A stretch of DNA of 43,175 nucleotides from Nemertoderma westbladi (taxonomy: Eukaryota > Animalia > Xenacoelomorpha). Every line of letters begins with the position of its first letter. Positions within the stretch are counted from its first letter, which is position 1. Below the pieces are notes generated by a model. That model ran no database searches, was not told the DNA's origin, and saw nothing but the letters and a program-made list of their open reading frames with translations. The translations under genes were made by a program, and so were the position numbers. Shown one piece after another: positions 24,441 through 36,200 of this stretch. Location: assembly GCA_032718475.1 (NCBI GenBank), contig JAUCBJ010003386.1, forward strand, positions 1-43,175, given 5' to 3'.

Positions 24441-26087
24441 CTACTCGACGGGGTCCGACGAGCTCTGCTGTCGGACGACCGTCGGTTTCTCCGAGCGGAT
24501 CTCGTCCGGTACGTAACAGGGCAACGCGGCCCCGTCCAGCAGCTCCCAGTCGTGCTCGTTGGTCATTGAGAAGAGCGCGGGCAGCGGGTTGTACGTGGGC
24601 GAGGGCAACCCGGCCTGCGACTCGCAGATGTCCAACAGCTGACTGAACCACTGCATCCACTCCATGACGTCGACGTCGGAGCCGCTCCGCCACTGGAAGG
24701 CGACGAGGTCGTCAACCGTGTGGCTCACCGTAGCGTCGCATCGGAGAACCACGAACAACGGGACTTTGTAACCGGCGTTATCCAACTTGATCTTGTGGAG
24801 GAACTCGTTGAGCTTGTACTGAACGCGGTCGGTAGACGGGGGCGACCCGATGTCGCTGTCCGCGTCCACAACCAGAAGGATCCCGAACAACGGATCCTCC
24901 AACTTCCCGCGAAACTTATTGGATATCGTCGAGTGGCTCTGCGGGACGCGCAGCACGGTGGGCTGGCCGCGCGACTTCTCGGTCGCCCCGCCGCCGTTGT
25001 TGTTGAACCCCGGGATCTTGATGAAGGTGATGGCTCGCGGCCCGTAGATACTCGGCGAGCTGAGCGCGTTCCCCGACTCCGCGAACTCGGGAACTCCCGC
25101 CGCCAAGGAATCCCGCTTCGCCGCCGCTATCGATGTCTCGAACTCCGCGTTTACATCGGCCTTATCGACCACGGTCCAGTTCTTTTCGGCCTCCTCTTCG
25201 GTCTCCTTCTTATTGGCCGATTCCTTGGGCGCCCACCAGTCCTTCCCGATGGACGTCGCCTTACCGAAGGCCGACCACGCGCCGAGCCCCTTAGCAGCCG
25301 AGGTGAACTTATCCTTGACGAGGCCGAAATCCAAGCTTCCGGCCTTCGTTGGAGCCTCCGTCGGTTTCTCCGCCGGTTGCTCAACCGGTTGGACGACCGG
25401 CGGCTCAACCTTCACCACCTCCGGGGCCTTAGTGATCGCTTTCTCGACCTCCTTGGCGGCGGCCACTATGAGATTCCCCCCGAAGGCCGAACGGAGTTGG
25501 GCCAACTTATCCGCGTCGCGGTAGAACTGGAGACGTCGCTCGAGAATATTCTGCGGAAGGAAAGACTCGATGATACAGCGGTTGAGAACGTTGGAGAACA
25601 ACTCGCAGTCTTTACCCATGATGTACAACTTGCCCCAGTAGTCGAAGATCTGCCGTTGGATCTTAATGAGGCTGATCTGCGACTCGTTTATTTTCTGCGC
25701 TACACTTATCGCGAGGCCGTCCAGAGCCATGTGGTAGGTCTCGAGGTCGGCCCCTTCCCACAGCTTCAGCCAGTAGTCGGAGATGGTTTTGGTGCCGCTG
25801 CTGTAGACCTCGGTAGACTGGCCGTCGAGGGCCACGAACAAGATCACCTGTTTGCCCTGGGCCCGATGGGCGCGGATGTCGTCCTTCACGTCCTGCTGAA
25901 TTCCGAGGGTGAGGTTGTGGCAGGACGCGTCGAGGACCTTGATAACGATGGAGTCGTCCTTGGAGGTTGTCTGTGTGATGTTGCACTGGAACACAGGCTC
26001 CCGTTCCCTTAGCAACTCGGCTACTTTGTTCTCCGCGTAGAGGCTGTCAGACTGGACGCATATATTTCGTCGGAATCGGGTAGACAT
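24441..26087 (-). CDS. Intronless hypothetical protein, 548 aa (possible tandem degenerate P-loop GTPase folds, LIR-like motifs)
   Basis: 1647-bp ORF whose GC-rich island starts and ends with the frame. Strong GC3 like the eIF3d exons; ATG 26087-26085, TAG 24443-24441, AATAAA at 24422-24417. The fold call is tentative. Confidence 0.85.
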   Translation of the reverse strand: MSTRFRRNICVQSDSLYAENKVAELLREREPVFQCNITQTTSKDDSIVIKVLDASCHNLTLGIQQDVKDDIRAHRAQGKQVILFVALDGQSTEVYSSGTKTISDYWLKLWEGADLETYHMALDGLAISVAQKINESQISLIKIQRQIFDYWGKLYIMGKDCELFSNVLNRCIIESFLPQNILERRLQFYRDADKLAQLRSAFGGNLIVAAAKEVEKAITKAPEVVKVEPPVVQPVEQPAEKPTEAPTKAGSLDFGLVKDKFTSAAKGLGAWSAFGKATSIGKDWWAPKESANKKETEEEAEKNWTVVDKADVNAEFETSIAAAKRDSLAAGVPEFAESGNALSSPSIYGPRAITFIKIPGFNNNGGGATEKSRGQPTVLRVPQSHSTISNKFRGKLEDPLFGILLVVDADSDIGSPPSTDRVQYKLNEFLHKIKLDNAGYKVPLFVVLRCDATVSHTVDDLVAFQWRSGSDVDVMEWMQWFSQLLDICESQAGLPSPTYNPLPALFSMTNEHDWELLDGAALPCYVPDEIRSEKPTVVRQQSSSDPVE

Positions 26088-27238
26088 AGTTTATATATTT
26101 TATATTATCGGCGCTGACTTAGTAATTAATTTAGGTAAACAAGATATATTCAAAAATAGATCGATTCAAATTACCGCAACTTGTTGTCAGAAATATACCG
26201 GTATATAGGTATCGGTGATATAGGCGATTTTGGACTTATTCCAATTTTGGAACTTTGTGCGAGGGTAGATTCCGAAATCGGAATACACTCCAAAATTGGA
26301 CTTTTCTAAACGAAAAAAAAATATTTTAAGGTCCTGCAACGCTGCAAGTATATTTCCATCATAAATTCTATCATTTTTCAATAAATATATGTTTTTATGC
26401 CAAATGCATTATTTCTACCATGCTTTTGCAGAAATGGATGTGAAATGTGAAATGGACGTGGATGACTGCTGTAATAGGCCTACCAGAATACTAACAAGGT
26501 ACAGCTGTACAGGGGTCTGTCTCTGTCCATAAGGCTATATGGGCATGACTAGAGCTGTACCCTGTACAGCACAGCTAGAAGCACAGCTGCAGCTAGACCC
26601 TAGTCTATTGGTGACATTCCTGGGCTTCCAATTAGGAAGCCCTGGCACCTGGTTCGATCCATAGACAGATAGAAGGGGCACGGTGCACGAGGGCAGCACT
26701 GTTTGAGCACAGCTGCACAGTGCTTTAAACTGTTAAATGCTTCTGCCTAAACCAACCCTAGCTTTCATCCTTGTGAGCGCTATTTGGAAAACTAGAATGT
26801 CAATAAATAGGCCTATTATTAGAATGTGAAGTGAAGTCTGCACTGCACTGCTAACCAACTAAATCCACCTAAAACTGTAAAAAAAACGTGAAGAAAATGA
26901 AACCAGGATGGAGGATGACAATGGTAATGCATTCTGGCATTCGCCGATTCGCACATGACTGCATGACACTGAATAATCTGTTGTGCCGGTAATTGAACTT
27001 GTTTAGAAGACTTCGTGCAGCACGTTTGGTACTGAATCAATCCATTGAAACGTTTTAAGAGACCTTCGCGCAGTATATGAGATACTGAAACAATCAGTTG
27101 AAACGTTTAAGAGACCTTCATGCAGCACGTACGTGGGGTACCTGGGTACCGTAACAATCTGTTGAAATGATTAAGATACCTTCATGCAGCATGTGGGGTA
27201 CCGGTGCTCTGTAACAATCTATTGAATCATTTAAGATA

Positions 27239-28459
27239 CCGTAATTCGGGGTGACTTGATACAGTTTTTGCCTTTAACTGTGAATATCTTCTGAAGTTTT
27301 TATCCTACACAGATGGAATAAAAATAAAATTTTATAGGCGGGATGAGTATTACACCACTAGACTAAAGCACTATTTCAGGTGCTTAGTCTCGTGGTGTTT
27401 TTTTTCGTAAAAACCAGCTGTATCAAGTCACCCCACATAACGGGGTGACTTGATACACAAGCAAATTTTCCGCAATAATACCACTCTGTGAATGAGTTTG
27501 GATCATGTTGTAGGCTGTGGGGGTGACTTGATACATCTTGGAAATTTTAAAAAAAGAACGAAGTCCCCACCTAACGGGGATATAAAATTATGGCTAAAAT
27601 TAAAAATAACTCCATTTTTTATGGCAAAATATTTCATATTTAACAAGTTAAATTGCACTTTAAAAACGAAAAAGACCTTCATTGTATAGTGACATCCTGA
27701 TACCAGTAAGTAAGACAATACATTTTAGAAAAAACTGGAAACTAAAACAATGAATTTAAGCTCAAATTTTGCAAATTTAAGGTTTAAGTAAAGATAAAAT
27801 ATTTTAGAAAATTTAACATATAACAATATTTAACAAGTTAAATTGAAGTTTAAAAACGAAAAAGACTTTCATTGCATTGTGACATCCTGACACCAGTAAA
27901 CAAGACAAAACATTTTAGAAAAAACTGCAAACTAAATCAATGAATTTAAGCACAAATTTTGCAAAATCAACGTTTAAGTCACAGAAGTCACAGGTATCAG
28001 AACATTTTCGCCTCCAATATACCGTATATATGTATCAAGTCACCCCATTTTGAGACACACTTTCAAAAAACGGGCACTCCACCCCCAATTCATATGAAAA
28101 TTTGTAAATTTTTTTTAGGATCATAATATTCAAACTCATCTATTAGCATCTGTAAAAATAATTTTTGAACAACATTAACCCAAAGTGTCAAAAATTCGAC
28201 CTATATTTTGACATTGAAAAAAGTGAATTTTTGAACAATGCATTCTTGGCTCTAGTGATCACAAATGCGAAGCAATGACAAAATTTATTTTACTATTTGA
28301 TAGACAATTTACAGATTTATTCAGACATCTTCTAATATTTCAATTTTTATCATAACATCACGCAATCACCCACAATCCGTTAAAGAAAAAAAGTATAACT
28401 TGCTGTATCAAGTCACCTCAATGTATCAAGTCACCCCCCCCCCCCCCCCCAAATTACGG
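27239..28459. mobile_element. Non-autonomous Tc1/mariner-superfamily (pogo-like) element
   Basis: TA|CCGTAATTCGGGGTGACTTGATACA ... TGTATCAAGTCACCCC(n)AAATTACGG|TA; TA TSD. The GGTGACTTGATACA motif is repeated internally, and there is an internal direct duplication at about 27630-27790/27826-27980. Confidence 0.85.
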
Positions 28460-28684
28460 TACCTTTGCGCAGTATATGGGATACTGAAACAATCTATTGA
28501 AACGTTTAAGATACCTTCATGCAGCACGTTGGATACTGTACCAGGTTGGAATTCATGCTGCAAAACTCGGACGCGTACCTGCGCGAATGACTGCAAACCA
28601 GATGCGCGTTGCGCGTTTGGGTGAGACAGGTGCGCGTTCGGGTGTGAGACAGGTGCGCGTTCGGGTGTGAGACAGGTGCGCGTT

Positions 28685-29766
28685 CAGGGTTGGCAACCAA
28701 TGGTTTTTCTCACCATTGGTTTTTTATGGTTTTTTGGTTTAACCAACTTTTAAAAAAAGGCGAAAAAATTGGTTTTTTATGGTTTTTCATAAAATTTTAC
28801 AATTAACACTGTAAATAATATAAAGCAGACTGGTAGTCGCATTTCTTTTTCATTTTGCACTGTACTGCTGTAAGAATGAAAAAATTTCGAACACTTTGCT
28901 GCTTTGCGTTTTGCTCGCGTTTCTTTTTCATTTTGCACTGTCAGACTGTTACATGTAGAATGAACAAATTTCGCTCACTTTGAGTTTTGCTCTCGTTTCT
29001 TTTTCATTTTGCACTGTTAGAAGGAAAAAAATTCACTCACTTTGAGTTTTGCTCGCGTTTCTTTATCTTATCACTTTGCTGTTTTGCACTGTTCAGCTGT
29101 TAGAATGAACAAATTTATCTAACTTTGAGTTTTGCTCGCGTTTCTTTTTCATCTGCTCATTTTGCAATGTTAATGAAAAGGTTTTGCTCGCTTCGCTGGC
29201 GTATGTTTCTCGTTTACATTGTTAAAATGTTGTGTGCGCGTTTTTTTCGGTGCATGCGCGGTATATTATCCAATACTGTGCGGCTGAAAAATTGTGCGCA
29301 GGCGTTGTGCGCGGTTCAGTGGTGGTTTGCAGCCTGGCGAGTTGCGTGCAGTGGAGCAGTGCAGACGTCTGGACGTTGGTATGTATTTTTACGTTGTATG
29401 TTGTTAGTATTTTGTCACATGCTGACATGGGCTGATGGGTTGGACAGTTGGATGAAGAAACGTTAGAAGTTAGACAGTTAGTACAGTAGTAGACAGTTAG
29501 AAGAAACGCTTCAAACCAGCATACTGTATGTGGCCTTATTCAGTTATTCCAGTATTTTGTTCTATTGGGCAAGCACAAGGCAAGGGTTGTACTGGCAGAC
29601 TGTTGTACGTAGACCCTACATTTGTATGTATTGCTGTATTGGATTTAATTAAACCACAGAAAAACCATAAAAAACCATAAAAAACCGAAAAAAACCATAA
29701 AAAACCAAACAATAAAACCAAAACCAAAAATTTTTTTTCAAAAAACCATGGTTTTTGCCATCCCTG
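28685..29766. mobile_element. Non-autonomous hAT-like element (nested)
   Basis: CAGGGTTGGCAA ... TTGCCATCCCTG, exact 8-bp TSD TGCGCGTT (28677-28684, 29767-29774), subterminal TGGTTTTT/AAAAACCA arrays, internal tandem repeats at about 28840-29170. Confidence 0.88.
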
Positions 29767-30470
29767 TGCGCGTTGCGCCTAGGGCGCGCAGCTCTGCCTC
29801 TGATGCGCACCACAAATTAATTGAAATCACGAAAATACACAAAAAAATTTCGCTCGCTGCGCTCGCATTAGATTCTCATTTCCAATTCTTCAAACAGTCA
29901 AATCACTTCACCATAATACTGTAATACCGGCAACCGGAGCTGAATTTGTCTATTTATTTCAACTACAGTACTCTATTGTTGTATTGTTATTAGGTCTATG
30001 CTATGCCGATGTTACGTTAGTAAACAGGTAAAGTCAGAAAGTAACAATGTATTATAAGTATGACTTAATTATAAGCCAACTGTATGTTTAAGCCTAATTG
30101 TTAGGTAGGCCTATACAAAGTATTATTGGCAGACTGGTACCTATTTCAATATTCGTTTTTTTGAAATTACCGGTACATGTTTTGTTTGTAATCTAAAATA
30201 ATATTTTCTGTTATAAAAGCAGTGAGCCCGATGGGCCACCATAGTAGTGGATTAAAAAAATATTTTTTAATATTAACAATTTTGATGTTGCAAAAATTAC
30301 ATTTATTATGTAAGCCTAGATTCAACGTACAGACAGACAGACGTAAAGATAAGCTTAAAACGCTCAAACTTGTAAAATAGGAATGTAAAATTGTTCTTAT
30401 GAACTGTGCGATTTTTTGAGATATGCATGACATGAGCTGCGCGATTTTGTTTGGATTATGACATATGATG

Positions 30471-30931
30471 CGGTCCTACGAATTACCCCAAAATACCCCA
30501 AAACACCCCAAAATACCCCAAAAGACCCCAAAATAGTATAAAACTACCCCAAAATAGTTTATAATTACCCCAAAATACCCCAAAATAGTTTAGAATTACC
30601 CCAAAATACTTTTTTTTGAGCCTTTGTTTTGGAAATTTAATTTACCCCAAAATATGGCAAAATGACGAATTACCCCAAAATAATGACGAATTACCCCAAA
30701 ATAATTAAAATTTTTTTCTTCACTCTCGTTTATTGTTTTGGTTAAAAAAAACTTGCCACTGTAACCTGCTCCTTTCCCTCGCTGTTAAAAAACATTGTTA
30801 GCTTATTTTGGGGTATTTTGGGGTAATTTTTTAGCCTTTTTGGGGTATTTTGGGGTAATTTTTGACTATTTTGGGGTATTTTGGAGTATTTTGGGGTGTT
30901 TTGGGGTATTTTGGGGTAATTCGTAGGACCC
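30471..30931 (-). mobile_element. Mutator/Foldback-like MITE, copy 1 (nested)
   Basis: GGTCCTACGAATTACCCC TIRs with (AAAATACCCC)n subterminal arrays; 9-bp TSD CATATGATG (30462-30470, 30932-30940); near-identical inverted copy at 37207-37686. Confidence 0.9.
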
Positions 30932-31484
30932 CATATGATGAGGTGCGCGACGAGCCAATTTCAGGTGCGCGGTGATTTCAAAACAACAAAGCGTACCTGC
31001 GCGCTCATGCATGAATTCCAACCTGGTGATACTGACAGACTGAAACAATCAATCTATTGAAACGTAAGACAGTAAGAGACCTTCATGCAGCACGTTGGAT
31101 ACTGAAACAATCTATTGAAACGTTTAAGAGACCTTCGGGCGCAGTATGTGAGATACTGAAACAATATGTTGAAACGTTTAAGAGATCTTCGAGCTGTAGC
31201 CTATATGGGAATGGGATACTGTAACTAACTGTTGAAATTTCATAGTAGGGCTATGTACTGACAAAGGGTGGTAGGCACTTAGGCAGATACAGTACTACAC
31301 ACTAAACAGCTAAACTGCAGTATTCTCTGTTTGTAGTCTGGTTCTGGTAGTACGGTAGTAGTGACAGTGACACACACCCTCCTCAGTAATCTGCCCTCCT
31401 AATCCAGTAATGGCAAATGGTGAATGGTACACTTATACTTTAGGCCTATACAAAAAATGCAATCATCTCATGTCTCATGATTAG

Positions 31485-31748
31485 CCTATCACAATATATC
31501 CCGATCGGGATATTTACATAAATATATGATTTTCACTCTGTAATATCTTTTGAAAGCCCTAACTGCCTAACACCACTTCTCGGGGCACAAACGAATATAA
31601 CCCATTTTTCCTGATATATCTGCTGGATGGCGCCATTTGGGTTGCTTTTTTATAGTTTAGGTCGCTTTTTAGAAAGGTTGAATATATACCGATCGGGATA
31701 TGTAAATATCCCGATCGGGATATATTCATATATCCCGATCGGGATAGG
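31485..31748. repeat. Short element with repeated palindrome ATATCCCGATCGGGATAT
   Basis: Palindrome at about 31496-31513 and three tandem copies at about 31685-31746. Confidence 0.7.
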
Positions 31749-32581
31749 GAACCCTACTGAAGGTGCTGAAAGGGCGGGCGGGACTGGCGCAGAGACACTG
31801 AGAGATGTCAATGAATGTCAGACTCAGAACTGCAGAATGCCGAATGTGCTGCTTCTGGGGCAGCCAGCTGCCAGCCTGCCAGCGTAGCCTCGACAATTAT
31901 AGAAATAGGCCTACTGCCGCTGCGCTCGACACGATTTTTGAATTGCTGGCGTACCCGTCCGCTGTCAGCCCGTACCGGTAGCTTTGCACCAGACTGGAAT
32001 CCATACACTTTGCGCCGGATTACTCAGGCGCACTTTGCAATAAAAGCGCGCCAATGTGGCGCGCTCGAAAATCGTAAAGCGCGCCGACTTTGGCGCGTGG
32101 CGCGCTCGAAAATCGTAAAGCTCGCCGGCTTTGGCGCGTGGCGCTCCCAAAAATAAAAACCGGCGCCGATTTGATAGTTTACAGGTTTAATAATTAGGCT
32201 ATGTGGAAGTGCCTTAAAAATTGCATTAGCTGTTTAAAAATTTCGGCTCGCTTCGCTCGCCTTTCTTTTTCTATTGTATGGTTCAGTGGTTATGGTTAGG
32301 CAACTGTCAGACTGTTGTATAGGGCAGTCTGGTTCCTGGCTTAATTTGACATTATGTCAAATTTGACATTTTGCTTTTCAAATTTGACATTTCATGCTAA
32401 ATTTGACATGGAAAAAGAGAAAAAATGCTTTGGGAGTTCAATTATTTAATTGGGCATCTGAATTTTTATATGTAGACATTAATTTGCCATTTGAACATTT
32501 TCACCAGGGGTAATTGAAATTCACCAAGAATTTTTGTAGGGCAGCAGGGACTGATACAACAGTACTGACTGACTGGTCTAT

Positions 32582-33230
32582 AAAATACCTGAGTGTTTAA
32601 AGCTCATCTATCCCATCATAGTAGACATGTACCGTACAACAAGAGTCCCACAAGAAATGAAAACAAATAAGTTGGTGCCAGTCCCCAAGAAGGGCAACCT
32701 AACACTCTATGGTTCTTTTCGGGGAATCTCATTGATCTCGATTGCTGCAAAACTATACAATAGAATTCTATTAAATCGCATCAGGGATCCCATTGAGAGA
32801 CTGCTACGTGGAAATCAGAATGGGTTCCGTAAAGGTCGTGGGACCATGGAGCCCATTTTGGCACTTAGAAGGATAATTGAAGAGTTATCAAAAAAGAAAG
32901 ACAGGCATCTGGCTGTTATCTTTGTTGACTTCTTCAAGGCCTTTGATTCAGTCTCTCGCTCACGTATGTTCAGCATACTTTCATTATATGGGATTCCTGA
33001 TGAAATTATTGCAGCAATCAGATCAGTATATGATGGTTCGACAACATTTGTGTCTACTGTTGACGGTGACACAGAACCATTTGAAGTGTTATGGGGCGTC
33101 CTCCAAGGAGACACACTTGCACCATTCTTGTTCATTATTGTACCGTAGTTGACTATGTTCTACGCATGTCCTTAGATCATCATCATAATGATGATGGGGT
33201 GATGATAACTCCACCTACTGGCTCCAGAAG
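32582..33230 (+). pseudogene. Non-LTR retrotransposon (LINE, RTE-like) reverse transcriptase fragment
   Basis: VPVPKKGNL..FRGISL..AKLYNRILLNRI..QNGFR..FVDFFKAFDSV..GVLQGDTLAPFLFIIV, then a frameshift at 33141-33147 and VDYVLR. Truncated before the YADD/FADD motif by the element starting at 33231. Confidence 0.93.
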
Positions 33231-36200
33231 GGGGACGTCTATTTACACCAAAAACACACAAAAACACACAAAAACTCACAAAAACACACAAAAACACACA
33301 AAAACTCACAAAAACACACAAAAACATACAAAAACACACAAAAACAGACAAAAACATACGGCATATATATGAAATGCCTGCAAAGGTAATTATCATTGCG
33401 GTTTGGGTTGTTGTCTGTTTGTATGCCTGTTTGTCTGTGTGGATGTAATTAATTGTAATCCAAAACGCAATAGTTGGGTGTAGTTGGGTGAAAGTTGGGT
33501 GTAGTTGGGTGTTTAGGCTGACCGTCCAGTAGTCTACACTCTACAGGTACCTTCAGTATAAATTAGATCATTGATGCACTCGATCCTCCGTGGAATCCCC
33601 ATTATGAACATCACATATATTTCGCCTGGACGGATGCATCGCGCTTATTCAATCTAAACATTACTATATGATTGTGATCAGGCAGGCAGGTTATGGTTGA
33701 TATCAGTTAATGCGATGCCTTTGATAAATTGCGCAAAGGGCGATTAAGTACTTTAATACAGTAGATAGTGTGGTTGCGTTTTCGCCAACATCTCTTTCCA
33801 AGCTTGGTGAGAATAACTCTTCCGGGAAGAAAAATATACTCGATTTATGACTACTATCATCTGATCATATGTTGACGTCACATTAAATAAACACAAATAA
33901 ACAAAAACACACACAAACAAAAGCAAACAAAACACACAAAAACAAACAAAAGACACATAAAGAAACAAAACACACAAAAACAAACAAAAACACACAAAAA
34001 CAAACAGAAACACACAAAAACATACAATTCACACAAAAACACACAAAAATATACAATTCACACAAAAACACACTAAAACAAACAAAAACACACTAAAACA
34101 AACAAAAACACACAAAAACAAACAAAAACACATAAAAACAAACATAAACACACAAAATCAAACAAAAAACAAACAAAACACACAAAAACAAACAGAAACA
34201 CAAAAACAAACAAAAGACACATAAAGAAACAAAACACACAAAAACAAACAAAAACAAACAAACACACAAAAACATACAATTCACACAAAAACACACAAAA
34301 ATATACAATTCACACAAAAACACACAAAACAAACAAAAACACACTAAAACAAACAAAAACACACTAAAACAAACAAAAACACACAAAAACAAACAAAAAC
34401 ACATAAAAACAAACATAAACACACAAAATCAAACAAAAACAAACAAAACACACAAAAACAAACAGAAACACACAAAACAAACAAAAACACACAAAAACAA
34501 ACAAAAACACACAAAAACAAATAAACAAAAACACACAGAAAAACAAACAAAAGCAAACAAAACAAACAAAAACAAACAAAAACCCCAAAACAAACACAAA
34601 TATACAAAAACAAACAAAAACACACACAAACAAACAAAAGCAAACAAACACACAAAAACAAACAAACAAAAACACAACAAACAAACAAACAAACAAATCA
34701 AACAGCAACACAACAAACAACACAAAAACAAACAAAAACACAACAAACAAACAAACAAACAAACAAACAAACAAAAACATACAATCACACAAATAACAAA
34801 CAAACAAACAACAAACAAACAACACAAACAAACAACACAAACAAACAAACACACAAAAACAAACAAAAACAAACAAACAACAAACAACAACAAACAAAAA
34901 ACACACAAACAAACAAACAAAAAACACACAAACAAACAAACAACACACAAACAAACAAAAACACACAAACAAACAAAAACACACAAAAACAAACAAACAA
35001 CACAAACAAACAAACAAACACACAAACAAACAAAAACAAACAAACACACAAAAACAAACAAACACACAAACAAACAAACAACACAAACAAACAAACAAAA
35101 ACAAACAAACAAACAAACAAACAAACACAAACAAACAAACAAACAAACAAACAAACAAAAACAAACAACAAACAAACAAACAAACAAACAAAAACAAACA
35201 AAAACACAACAAACAAACAAACAAACAAACACAAACAAACAAACAAACAAACAAACAAACAAACAAACAAACAAACAAACAAACAAAAACACACAAACAA
35301 ACAAACAACAAAAACATACAACACAAAAACACACAAAAACATACAATTCACACAAAAACACACAAAACAAACAAAAGCAAACAAAACAACAAAACAAAAA
35401 AAACACAAAAACAAACACAAAAACAAATAAACAAAAACACACACAAACAAACAAAAGCAAACAAAACACACAAAAACAAACAAAAGAAACATAAAGAAAC
35501 AGAACACACAAAAAGAAACAAAAACACACAAAAACAAACAGAAACACACAAAAACATACAATTCACACAAAAACATCACAAAAACACACAAAACACAAAA
35601 ACACACAAAAACAAACAAAAACACACAAAAACAAACAAAAACACACAAAAACAAACAAAAACACACAAAAACAAACAAAACATACAAAAACAAACAAAAA
35701 CACACAAAAACAAACAAAAACACACAAAAACAAAACAAAGACACACAAAAACAACAAAAACAAACAAACAAAAACTTTGTTTTTGTTTTAAAACAAAACA
35801 AAACATTTATTTTGTAACAATATATCACTCTATCTTTTATTAAAGAATTAAGCCACAATAAAGTACCAAATTAAGAATAAAATTACGTAGGCCTATATTA
35901 CATAGGGGAAAAAAAACTAAGAACATATAAGCCGTGAAGTTTATAACTGGTCTTGCTTTCCCATGTAATAAATAAATTAGTTTTATCATGGCCATTCAAT
36001 TCCACTACAATTCCGATTTTATTACCGATTTTAAAATATTATTACATTTTTAAAAAATGTTGTTTATAGGCCTACTACAGTATGATTCTTCTGCAAATAT
36101 ATTTATTACATCGTCCCAATAAATCACATCAAACTTCCCGTTTCTCTACTGTATACTTAATAAATCCAAACTACTTAAACGATCTTGTAATTGTAAATAT

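Larger units (their letters stand above)
28540..31027. mobile_element. TIR element (unclassified, possibly hAT-like) hosting two nested insertions
   Basis: 19-bp TIR ACCAGGTTGGAATTCATGC / GCATGAATTCCAACCTGGT; flanks GATACTGT / GATACTGA; many subterminal (CAGG)TGCGCG motifs. Confidence 0.75.
27040..31230. repeat. About 55-60 bp tandem repeat (GATACTGAAACAATCTATTGAAACGTTTAAGAGACCTTC..GCAG), split by transposon insertions
   Basis: Units at about 27040-27238, 28460-28539 and 31028-31230; the unit resumes in register after each insertion. Confidence 0.85.

Noticed and set aside
24720-26012. 430-aa antisense ORF and other overlapping ORFs
   Set aside because: Shadow frames caused by the high GC3 of the 548-aa gene; non-ATG start, and the GC island boundaries match the minus-strand ORF.
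33223-33532. TCCAGAAG/TCCAGTAG as the TSD of a 294-bp element
   Set aside because: TCCAGTAG is also part of the right foldback arm and the RT frame does not resume after it; probably coincidence.
33753-35858. Long F/V/C/L-rich ORFs on the minus strand
   Set aside because: Translations of a stop-free G/T simple repeat.
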